Assembly: GCA_016748015.1 (NCBI GenBank) | Contig: JAAOMT010000672.1 | Span: forward strand, 319,094 to 383,093 | DNA: 64,000 bases | Origin: Geosiphon pyriformis uo1 | Lineage: Eukaryota; Fungi; Glomeromycota | Direction of reading: 5' to 3' | Shown: positions 38,401-50,250 of the stretch, one piece after another | Position numbering within the stretch: position 1 is the first letter of the stretch | Layout of the letters: every line of letters starts with the position of its first letter | The notes under the pieces: generated by a model | What the model was told of the DNA's origin: nothing | The model's input: only the letters and a program-made list of their open reading frames with translations | Database searches by the model: none | Position numbers and translations under genes: made by a program

Positions 38401-38949
38401 AACTTTATAACTTTTAATTAAACCAAAAACAATTATTATTATTTTCTCTTTATTATTATGTAACTTTTCAAAAAAATTTGAAAATTTATTTATTTTTATT
38501 TATTTATACCATTTTTTTAAATGTAACCATCTTATTCAATCGGTTCTCAACTTACGGATTTAAGAGATTCTCGAAATTATAAGCTTTCCTCATATTTTGC
38601 TAGATTATTTACAGTTTTCAATTTTTTTCAAAGTATTTTTCTGTTGTATTAATTAAAGCAATTAGCTTAAAATTAATAAAAATTATTATAATCTAAATTT
38701 TATGTTAATTATTAAGTATTACTTCATCAATTAAAATTATATCAAATAAATTAAGCAGCATTATAAATACTAATTTTTTAATATGTTTTTACATTTTATT
38801 TAAATTTTAAATAAATCAGCCTTTTATTATTAAAAATAATAAGACAATATTTTTTAATTTTTTTAATCCTATTTTTTATTATTTTATCAAATATATTATT
38901 ATCAACATATTTTAATAGTGCATATTGTTTTATTTACTTAAATAATAAA

Positions 38950-40110
38950 TATTTATATTGTTATTTATTTTTTATTTAGCTTTTTATAATTTTGTTTATT
39001 TTTTTTACTTTAAACAGTTTTAATATTAATTTTTATTATACATCAAATAATATATTTCAACTTTATAAAATAATTTCTTTAATATATTTAAAAAATATAA
39101 TTTTTATTAAATACAAAATTATTTATTTTTTGATTAATTACTTTTTTAATACTATTTTTCTTTGTTTTTTAGCCTTTAATATTTTATTAATTCTGTATTT
39201 TCTTTTAATTATCTTAGTAAAAAAATTGTTTGTTCTAATTTTATATTAATTAAAAATTTAAATTTTAAAAAAACTAGATTTATTTAATCTTTTGTATTTA
39301 GTATTAAATTTATTAATTTTTTTTTATTATATTTATATTACATAATATCTTTAAAACTTTGACATGTTTTTTTAAAACTTTTTATTATTAATATTTGTTT
39401 ATTTTTATTAGAAAAAATACAGTCTGTATAACCAGAACAAATATTAATAAAAAATTATAGAATGTTAAAAATACATATAGAGCTTTGTTTTATATTTTTT
39501 TAATAAATACAAATACTTATAATCTGTAGAATTTTGTTGGCTTAATTAATAAAAAAACTTATATTATCAATTATAATCCAATAAATTATTTCTGACCAGA
39601 TGTATTACTATTTGTTTTAATATAAAAAAAAGTTTACACAAAGCTATAACTAAAATGCTAATTTTAAAAAACATTACTTTTTGCTAGTCTTGTTTAATCT
39701 TAACAGTTTGTTTAGTTTGTAATAAAATTGGCCATATTTCTATTAATTTACAATTAATAATAAATAAATAAAAAATAAAACAAAGAAAAAGCTTTCTGTT
39801 AAACCTTAATAAAATCAGATTGGCAAATATTTATGCTAAAAAATTAATTTTTGTTCTTTGTTTAGTGTTTTTGGTGACAAAACTTGGATTTTAATTATTG
39901 ATAATATTTTTTTGGTATTTTTTTTGGTGTTTTATTTAGATTCAATACTTTTAACAAAGTTAAATTTTTTCTATTAATATTTAATGAATTGGATTTAAAA
40001 TTCATTAATTTTAAATACAGTTTTATTAACTTTACAAAACAAATTGATAAGTTGGTTAAAAAATTATGAGTATTTATGTCAATAGTTTTTTAGTCTAATT
40101 TTAGATATTA
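38950..40110 (+). mobile_element. AT-eroded LINE ORF1 relic
   Basis: Residual YRALFY..TNTYNL*NFVG..KKTYII motif region (~39475-39580) and eroded zinc knuckle CLVCNKIGHISIN (~39710-39750); family assignment by recognition. Confidence 0.55.
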
Positions 40111-40129
40111 TTACCAGCCAAAATTTAAA

Positions 40130-40375
40130 ATATTATTTAGTATAAAATTATTTTTATAATTTCTATTATTAATTAGTATATATTATCATTTCAATTTAGC
40201 AATTATTATCTTATCAAATTATCTAAATTATTATTTAATTAATAATTCAATTTGTACAGAAAACAAATAAAACCTAATTGTAATGATTAGATTATGTAAT
40301 ATACTGAATTATGTAACATTCAAAATTCGCCAAAATATTTAGTAATTCAACAAAATATTCAATAGTTCACAAAAA
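40130..40375 (+). repeat. Non-coding dispersed repeat; second copy at ~55310-55555
   Basis: Colinear similarity (e.g. tatattatcatttcaattt..aattatctaaattattatttaattaataattcaatttgtac..aaaattcgccaaaatattt); differences are mostly transitions. Confidence 0.7.
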
Positions 40376-41079
40376 TAACTTGTAGTTCGATGAAATATAT
40401 TTTTAGTTACTGAAAAATTAGGAAAAAAAAAGTGCTAAATCATAAAATAGTATTACAACAAGTTGTATAAAAAAAGAGTTTCTTTCTTTAAGAAAATGTG
40501 TCTTAGCTAGAATTTATCTTAATTAAAATCAATTTTTTATTCAATTTTTTTTACAAATCAATTCCAATAAAACTCACTTTGAAAAACAAAAATTCTTAAT
40601 TATTCTTGGTTGAAATTAATTATTCTATATTAACAGTTTAAAATTAATTAGCTATTAATTTCAGTAAATTATTAATAACTTTTAGGCTTAAATTCGAAAT
40701 GACTTTTTTAACATATTTTTTTATTTCTTTTCTTTAGTTTATTTTTTTTATTTTTTTATATTATTAAATAGCTTATAGTCAAAATTTCTTGTAGAAGAGT
40801 TAACTTTTCCAGCAAAGTAACTACACACATTTTTGAAGAGCTTACAAACAAGATTTTCTTGTAAAAAATTTGATTTTTATTGCAAAGTAACTATACAAAT
40901 AATTGGCATAGAATTGGCCATTCTATTATAAGTTTGACAGTATACATAGTTTAAAGTATAAAGAGATACTTTGGAAGAAGAATTAGCTTATTAAAAGTTT
41001 ATTAACTTTTATCAACAGCAGAATTAACAGCAAAAACAACATTAACAATATTCAAAAAAAAGTAAAAAAACTTTCAAAA

Positions 41080-44000
41080 ATATTTGGTGCTTTTTTAAAA
41101 ATAACACAATAACAACTAAACCAAAGTAGTAACTGTATTAGACATAACAACTCTAGAGTACTATTAGTCAATTTACATCTATTACAAACAATAATTTGGA
41201 ATCCAAGACAGAATCGCAGTTTTTAAGAAAACATTTTTCTAATACATTAAAAACCAAATTAATAATTATTTCTTTAAAAACTATAATATTATAAAAGTTA
41301 AGTAAAACCTTCTTGAAAATTTTATTTACTACTCAAACAGAAATTCAGAAAATATTAGTGCTAATAATTGTGTTACTTATTTTGAAGAACTTGATTATAA
41401 TATTATCAAGTTTTGTAAAGAAAAATACCTCACTAATCTACAATTTGTTTTTGAATTTAAATCTGAATTTAAATCTGAATCTAAAACAAGTAGCAAAAGC
41501 AAACAGAAAAACACTTAACCAATTTACACAATACTAATATACCAAAAACTACCTTTAAATATTTGTAAACACTTAAACAAAAAACCAGTTCTAATTATAA
41601 TTTTCAATCACATTTTTTCTAATTTTACTTGCTTAAGTACAGATATTTAATTTACTTTTTAACTAATTTTTAAGACCAAAAAACTTTACTAAAAGTCTAA
41701 TCTAACAGCTAGAACTAATCTATACTAACACTAATTTTCTTGATTTTTTAGCAGAAAACCAAAACAAATACTTAAAAACACTAACCAATAAAAAACCACT
41801 TTTGAACTTATTAAAGAAAAAAAAAAATTTATAAAAAAAAACTAATAATTATAAAAAAATAAAAAAATAACAACTACTTATATTGCAAAAATTCTTGATG
41901 TTTCTGAAAAAAATACTAAAACTAGCTTTTAAAAGTAGCTTGACCAAGTTATTAAGCAAAAAATGTTAATAAATAAACTACAAAAAAATATTATAAACAA
42001 TTCCTTATTTTTTTAAAAGAACTTTAGGCAAATAGTTTAAAAATTTGATCATTTCTTTTGCTTTTTTTAGACAGTTTACTAACAACAATACTTTAATTAC
42101 TTTGAAACTGTTTTTAAAACATCAAACAAATTTTTTAGAAGAATTTACTAATTAAAAACAAATATTTACTATTTTAATACCCAAATTTTAGATCAATTTA
42201 ATACTAGATTCAAAGACAAATTTATTAAGAAAATTCGATCATATGTTTTAGAAGATTTAGTTACTGTTATTTAACATACTAAAAATTATAAAATAACAAT
42301 AAAAAAAGCCAACTATACCAAACTTGTCAACTTAACAATTAGAAAAACCAGTTCAATTACTAAAGAAAAAATCGATTAATTTATAAAAAAAATCAAAACA
42401 TACTTTGTTAATCAACCACAAAAATACCAATTATTATAGCAAAAAAAACAAGAAAATTTATTATTATTTAACAACGAATCTCAATTATTAAACTGTTATT
42501 ATTGTAAAATTCCAAAATATTGAAAATATAATTGTCAAAAAATGCAAAAAAATTAACAATAACAGAATAATTAACATTATTTTTTTCAATAACAGCAATC
42601 TTACAACTTATTATTATCTACTTATTACTTTTAAAATCTTAACTTATATACTATTAGCCTGTTTTACAATAATTACAACAATATTATCAACAATTTTTAA
42701 TTTAAAGTTATTAATTATCAGCAAGATAATTGATTTAATTTAACCAATTTATATTACAAATCTGTTTTCAGTTAAACAAAAACAGATTTAATTCAATAAT
42801 TAATTGGTATTTTACAACAATAATTAATAATAATTCAAATATTTTAATACCTAATTTGGTTATTTTACAATATCAGAAAACCAAAATTTTTATTATACTA
42901 TATTTTTAAAAGATAAAATTACAGTATAACAACAAACTTTTTTTATAACAATATGACAATTTCATTAACAAAGATTATTAAAAACACCAATATTTTAGAC
43001 ATACTCTTATTCGAATTTGAAGCCAATAAATCACTTTTTTTATTTAACAATACAGCAGTTTTAAAACAAAAAGTCATTATAACAATGTATACTAAAATTA
43101 AAGTTGAAAAAAATGATCTAATTAATCTTAAATAGTGGATTAATTGAAAGCATTATTACTTATTAGTTGATACAAAAATTCAAGAAAAATATAGACTGAT
43201 TTGTTTAAATTATGATTGTTACTGTTAATAATATAAAAAAAATACCAATAAAAAAAATTAATAATTTTTTTTTTATAATTAAAGGAATTATTATTTCAAT
43301 TAAGATTCTTATTATAGATATACTTTAATATTAAGTTCTTATTAGAAATAATTGGCTTCTCAAAACTAATATTAACTTAGATTAAAAAACTCAAAAACTA
43401 AAATTTTTTACCAAAAACAATATATTTAAGTATTTGTTATTTATAATATTTTTAATAAAAAATTAAAAAAAGCTCTAGTTTTCGAATTTGAAAAGAAAAA
43501 AAAACTAATAATTAAAACCTATATGAATTTTAACTTTTAATTTAATTAGATTAAAAAAACTAAGCAGTTATTTGAAATATATATATTATAACTAATATTA
43601 TTATAATTTAAAGAAAATAGCCAATAATTTATCTCTATAATTGAATTAATTAATAGTTGATATATTTTATAGTTAAAACTAGAACCAAAAAACAACTACT
43701 CTATATTCTACACAAATACAAAAATTATAACAAAAAGCTTTTATTTATAAAATTTTGCATATTACTAAAGAAAAAATATGAAACTTGTATCTGTTGTTAT
43801 TATAAAGCCTATTACCAAAAACAATTAGAAGCCTAAAATAAAGTAAAAAATAAAACAACATATTCTGTTTTATATGTAAAAAATTACAGTCTGAAATATA
43901 CAACTGAATTAATATTATAATAAAAAAAAGTATATAATCAAATTTATTAATATGTTTTTTTTATTTATAAAAAAGTAAAATGTAGAATACTATTTACAAT

Positions 44001-44100
44001 AGTATATAATAATACATTTAACAAATTTTATTACTATTTACATAATGCTAAAATAATTTATAAATTAACTATAGTTCTAATTAATAAAAAATTCCAAAAA
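41080..44100 (+). mobile_element. AT-eroded Ty3/Gypsy-like relic (PBS, gag, protease)
   Basis: tttggtgct PBS remnant ~41083; gag start TTYIAKI (~41870) and TIPYF (~42000) parallel 60301-60450; ~43055-43160 AVLKQKVIITMYT..LILNSGLIESIIT parallels AVLKKKLITAMYT..LILDSGLAGSIIT. Confidence 0.75.
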
Positions 44101-44420
44101 TTTTTTTTAAAAATATTATAATAAAACCAACAAATTAGCTTATTATTTATAATAATTTCTTTTTTATTAGCTTTAATATTATTCAATAACTTGCCATTGC
44201 TAATAAAAATAGTATAAATAAGTTTAACAATTTTTTTTTATTTTTTTTTATTGTTCTTTTTATTATTTGATTTGTTTAATTATTTTTTTTTTGGTTCTGC
44301 TTAAGTACTAAAAAAGTTGTTTAATGTTAATACTTAACTATAATAGATTTTTTATTATATCTAATAGTTAATTTACACAATTTATAGTTAAGTAAAGCTT
44401 TGGCTTTTTTAAGCTATTTA

Positions 44421-47400
44421 AACTCGTCTCGCTTCTTTGGAGTGCTCTTTGGAACTTCTCACAGATAAGGTGTCTGGTATTATTGACAAACTTGACAGTT
44501 TAAGCTTAGTGTCTTCGGCTCTCAATTCCTCTTCTCAGCCCTTGGCTGCCTCTGATTTGGTTAATATGAAACTTGGTTCAGATATGGTTTTGGATGAACT
44601 TGATTCTGTGGTTATTCTTTCTTCTTCAGTTTCCTATGATACCTCAAGTTTGGGTTCGAGTAGTTTGAAAGTTCTGACTTTGAAAGTGGGTTGCTTGGAA
44701 TCAAAGTTGGTGGCTCTCGAAGCTTTGGTTAGTTTGGTATTGGAGAAGTTAGATCAGATGTGTGCTGGCTCGGGTTTTGCGGTCTCTTTTGCAACCTGAT
44801 GAATAATTTAGTATGGAAAATAGCCACGTGTAATGTCAGGGGAATGAACAATTTAGCTAAGCAAGAGGACATTATACGTTGGCACAGAGATATGAACAAT
44901 TTAGTTTCAATTGTCACTGAGACAAAGTTAAAAGATAAGGTATGGCTTTGGATTGCTAGCAAATTTGATGGTGTTCGGGTCTTCATTTCCGGTTTGAATT
45001 CTGGTCATCTTGGTTCTGGTGTGGCGATCGTTATGAACAATTCTCTAGCCAGGCACATGTGCAAAGTTTCTGAGGTCCCTGGTCGCCTTATTTCTGTCAA
45101 GTTGCTTTTTAGGAATAAACTCTCAGTTTCTTTTTTGGGTCTGTATGCTGGTGCGTCAACTTTGGTGCACTTCTCTCAGGCCAATGACATGAATGCTATG
45201 ATTGCTAGTGCTGTAAATGAATCATCCTTTGTGGTCTTAGGTGGTAACTTCAATGAGGATGGTTTGCATAAAAGTGCTAGTTTCAGGAAGTGTGGTAGCT
45301 TGGGTCTGGTCAACTCTCTTGTCTGCAGTCCATTTGTGAAAGTTCCAACTTGAAGTAATTCCCAGAGTGTGACGAAGACAATTGATTATCTTTTCGTATC
45401 TCCCAATTTGGTTAATGCTATTGTGAATTGTGATGTTCTGGATGTGTCCGACTTCTTTGATACTGACTATCAAGCTGTTTCTGCGTCAATTGGTTTAGGT
45501 GGTCTCTTGGATATGCATTTGTGTTTTGTTTGCAAGCAGGCCAATAGGGATCGTTGGAAATATGATTTTAAGGATGCTAGTGTTGCCTTGTGGATGAGAT
45601 TCAGAGAGGCCACAGCAGTGAATGCTGCCATGTTCTCTGATGATTTCTTGGCTGCCAAGGATCTGTCGGATTTGGATGCGATGTGGGATGCTGTTCAAAA
45701 AACTGTGTGTTTCTCAGCGAGTGAAGTTTTCAGGAAAAAATGGTTTAAAGGTTATGACGGCGTTTTCACTAAGCATTCGTCCAGGTTCCATAAGCTAGAA
45801 CTTTTAGTGTCCAAATTGGTCAAAGCTTCCCGTTCTGTTGATTGTAATGTGTTTGTATCACTGCTTGATACTTGAGAAGCACTTGATTCTGCTGGTGCTG
45901 CTGTGGTGAGGTCTTTTTTTCTCTCAAAGTCTCCTTTTGACAATATTCATTCAGCTTTGTTCAAAGCCAGGAAGTCTTATCATGTCTCAAAGTTATTGGA
46001 ATCAAAACGTGCTGAAGAGTCGCAGATTAGATCTGCTGTTAATAAAAGGATGGAGACCTTTGAATCTAACAAGAGTCATACTATTAGAAGCATCTTAGAG
46101 AGGCCTTTTTGCAAAGTGGTTTTGGATCATTTGGTAATTGGTGATGAGCTGTATTTGGAATCTGATCATGTTAAAAAAAAAGTGAATGAGATTATGGAGG
46201 GGTGGACTCGTAAACGTGGTGTGGTCCTTGATGTTCCTGGGAATTGGTCTAATCAATATCGGCCTTTGGATTACGTGTTTGATAGTACTTTTTTAGATGT
46301 GATGAACTGTATTAGTTTTGATGAGATGTCTGGCATGGTCTCTGTCCTATCTGATGGAAAGGCTGCTGGTCTTTCAGGCATCTCCAATGAACTTTGGAAG
46401 CACTGTGATGAATCTGTTCTCGATATGCTCTTGGTGCTTATTAATTCTTGTCTTTGTAATAAGTCTGTGCCCAGTGCTTGGAAGGAAGCCTGGGTGTCGA
46501 TGATTCCTAAACCTTATGAATGGAAGGGCGTGCTCACAAACACTCATCTTATTGCTCTGATTGAGACGGCTCGAAAAATTCTTTCCAAGATTTTCTCTAA
46601 TAAGATCTCTTTGGCATGTAGCAAGTTTGACATTTTTTGTGGGGACAATTTTTCCATTCTCAAAGGCACTACAACTCAGTCTCCCATTTTTGCGATTGGT
46701 TCGGTAATTAAGGACACTTTTGAAAAAAACCAGGAGCTCTGGCTGGTTTTACAAGACATGCGGAAAGTGTATGACTCGGTCGGTTGAGACCATCTTAAGA
46801 AAAGTTTGGTTAGGATAAAAATGTGCTGCTGGTTTATTAGGTTCTTTGAGAATATTCATAGTGGTCGTACAAACCGGGTTATAACTGATTTTGGGTTGAC
46901 AGATGGTTATTATGTACATGATGGCTTGGACCAAGGGAAGGTGTTTTCACCTCTTCTTTGGCATATATTTTATGATCCTCTCTTGTGCGAAGTTAAGAGG
47001 CAGGAGAGTGTGTGTGGTTACAGGTTAAATTCTTATTTCATTGCTAAGACGGACCATGCGGAGTCTCAGGCTGGTTTGTCATCTTTCTTCGCTGCAGGCG
47101 CTTTTGTGGACAATACGATCTGAGTGGGTAGCAGTCAGACTGCCACTCAACACATTCTTAATGTAGCTAGTGAGTTCTTCTGCATCAATGATATTTCAAT
47201 TAATAATGATAAGACAGTGGCCATTCCAATTAATAGCCGTGCCAGTGCACCTTCTCTTTTCATCAGTGGATCCCCTATTTCTATAGCTAAGCCAGGCAAA
47301 TCTCATCGTTATCTGGATATCTTCATGTCTTCTGAAGGACTGTTGAAGCCCAGCCTGGCAAAAGCCCATTCAGATGTTCGTTTTTTTGTCAACTTGGTTC

Positions 47401-49624
47401 TAAGAAAAGCCGTATCGGACAAACAATTTTTTTATTTAGTGTCAGCTGTTTTCCATCCCATCATCGGTTATAGAACTCAGTTTAGTTTTGTTCCTGTCAG
47501 TGTGTGTAATAAGTGGGATACTTTGATTCGTAGGAGCTTGAAATCCAAGTCTGGATTGCCTCTTAATTTTTCCAGTGATACAATCCATCATCCTTCATTC
47601 TATGGGTTGAAATCTTTCACCCAGATTCAATCGGAAAGTAAGGTCACTTCCCTTATTTGTTTTGCAAACTCAGTGAGAATCCTGGGTCGTCTGTTCTTTC
47701 ACAGGTCTCATGACTTACAGGTTTTGAGCTGGTGCCCTATTTATCCTTTGAGTGTTCCTGTTCATGTACGAGTCAGCCCTTTGAATAACTTCTTAGCAGG
47801 TGCTGTTTGTGTTCTTCTTGATTGCAACTTATCTTTGAGTGAGTCTTTTGGTAGTCCATTTCGGCTTTGTGATGGAGTACCCATGTCTACCGTTCTTGGT
47901 GAGTCTAAATTTGTCAAGTTCTTTTCCTCACTCTGACAGTATAGCATCGCCTTTGTTGACCAACTCCGTGACCATCATGGAGCCATGTTTGATTGGTATA
48001 AATTCAAGCAGTGGAAGAGGTTGGACCCCCGTGGCCCAACTCCTGAGTGGTTCACGCTTTTTGTCAAGTTCCTGTCTGATATGTCTTCTCCTCGTGCCCT
48101 TTTTCTTGCTTTGGCTGGTGTGGATCTTCAGAATATTCTCGCCTCTCCTGGCTTTGTGTTGGTTCGTAATCGGCTTTCCCAAGTTCTTCTTAGTAGCATT
48201 TCTGTTTATACAGATGGGTCTCTGACAAACCTAGGTACCAAGAATTGCATGGCTGGAGCTGGTGTTTTTTTCAGTGACATTGATCTGAGTTTGGGCGTTG
48301 GAGTTTCAGATTTGCTGTCTTCTATGTTGGCGGAAATGCAGGCTATTGCACTGGCACTGGAGTGTGTCCCCTGTTCTAGTTGTGTTCATTTGTTCTCTGA
48401 CAGTCAAGTTGCTCTGGATGCCTACAAGTCGGAATTGGGTATGATGCGTCTGAATTTTCGCAACTGTTGTTGGATCGAATGTCTGCATATTGTAAACATT
48501 ATTTGTAGCAAAAACTTATTGGTTGAATGGCACAAAGTGAAAGGCCACTCTGGTGTGATTGGAAATGAACGTGCTGATGCTATAGCTGGTGCTTCTTCTT
48601 ACTCGGGCTGGTTCCTTCCTTCCCAATCACATGTGCACTTCTTGCTGGTGGACAGTGGGGCTGTTTCTGGCAATTCCAGGCATTTTGTTTATGATATTTT
48701 TCATTCTGTTAGTCATGTGCACTGGGAGATTGGTTCTGGTTCTAAATTTCTGCCTGCCAGTTTGTTTGTGAATGTAGATTGGTCCTGCTCTTTACTGGTA
48801 TGGCATCCTGATTCACACATGGCTGCTGGCCATACCAGCAAGCCCACAGCAGATGCGCATAGTTTTCTCATGAAGGCATTGCACCACCGGCTGCCTGTTG
48901 CTGTTCATAAATGCTTGTATAACAGAAGATACCCCAGTGTATTGTGCTTATATTGTGGTGAGGTGGAGACATCAGATCATGTTTTCTTTTGTAAGGCTGA
49001 TGTCCCCACGCATTTCCAGATACTGGATACATGTTCAAAATTTTAGATGGTGCTTTCTGGCCTGTCTCTCTCTTTTTCCTGCATGCTGCAATTGCTGTCT
49101 TCTTGTGCCTCTGATGTTTCTGTATTTACGGCTCTCTCTAAAGGGTTTGTTTTTATTGAGTGGCTTCGTGAAGCAATCTCTGTTTTTAAATGTCACAAGG
49201 CTGCTAGTTCAAAAATTGTTGAGTTTGTGCGTTCCCTTAGTTTTGCTTTTAGAAATAATATTTGGTTGGTTAGGGTTAAGCATCGTGTGTTTATGGAAAA
49301 AAATAATCTCATCTCACTTGATGGTTCAGTTTCTATCTCGATCCCTGGCTCGGCTTCTAGGTTCTCGGCCGGCGTTGTTAGGCTACTTGGTGTGGCTGAG
49401 GCTCTTGGTGTTTGTTTTGGCTTTCGTAAACAATGTTCTTTCTTTTCTGGTGTTAATGATTCTGTTTCGGTACATATAACTGTATAGTGTTGTCCTGATT
49501 GGCCCGAGTGGCTGGTCGCGTGTAGAAAAAGCATAATTCACACTTAGTTTATATCATTTCTTTGGTATATAGCCCTAGGTAGTGTTTGGACTTCACTCAT
49601 AAAACGTAATTAAAAAAAAAAAAA
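44421..49624 (+). mobile_element. 5'-truncated LINE (end of ORF1, ORF2 APE-RT-RNase H-zf, 3' UTR, poly-A)
   Basis: Abrupt GC step at 44421; poly-A from 49612; target-site duplication AAGCTATT(T/C)A at 44411-44420 and 49625-49634. Confidence 0.95.
44799..49487 (+). pseudogene. LINE ORF2 polyprotein (~1560 codons, single frame, six in-frame stops)
   Basis: APE: TCNVRG, ETKL, GGNFN, IDYLF. RT: KAAGLSGI, LQDMRKVYDSV, QGKVFSPLL, AFVDNT. RNase H: VYTDGS, AEMQAI, FSDSQ, KVKGHSG..GNERAD. Zn finger: CLYCGEVETSDHVFFC. All ORF-track pieces share one frame. Confidence 0.95.
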
Positions 49625-49634
49625 AAGCTATTCA

Positions 49635-50250
49635 TTGCCAATTATGATAATATATTTTTTAGCTTTAAAAACTTCTATATTAGTTTTAATATTGATGTTA
49701 TTAATGCAAACAAAAATAGCTTTGACTATATTAAAACTTTTTTTTTTATTATATATATTGACTATAGACTAAGTTAAAAATTTAACAATTTTTTTTCCAA
49801 TAGCTTTTAAAAAATGTTTGACAATAATGTTTATAAAGAATTTATTATTTAAGATTAGATTAATAAAGTAGTTAATTATTTGGGCTTTGTAAATTAAAAA
49901 AGTAATATTACTGTTATTAACAAATCTAGCTTAACAATAATACTTGTTGGTCTTTAGTGTTTTTTTTTTAAAATTAAGGATTTGCAAAAAAAAATTTTAA
50001 ATTGTAGATGAATTATTAATTGGTTAAAAATAATATATGCTGGAGTTTTTATAAGATTTTTGTATAATTTTGAGAATTTTAATTTTGAAAAATTTTTAAA
50101 AACTTTAGTTTTTGATATTTTATTATTATTAACAGTAAAAATTAATGCTTTATTAAGATTTACAATAAAATCAATCTTTGTTTTTTTTTTTATAAAGTTA
50201 GAAAAGTTAATTACTAGTTTATCTATATTATAATTATTATTAGTTAGATT
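49635..50250 (+). mobile_element. AT-eroded LINE ORF1-like relic, host of the 44421-49624 insertion (continues from ~44100-44420)
   Basis: Contiguous through the TSD; residual similarity to the ORF1 relic at 39150-39450. Confidence 0.45.

Noticed and set aside
44799-49487. Alternative genetic code (TGA=Trp) suggested by TGA at Trp positions
   Set aside because: TAG also replaces Trp, catalytic motifs carry parallel G>A missense changes, and many TGG codons remain; this is mutation, not recoding
49497-49520. tRNA A-box-like TGGCCCGAGTGG in the LINE 3' UTR
   Set aside because: No B-box or cloverleaf follows; better explained as a stem-loop
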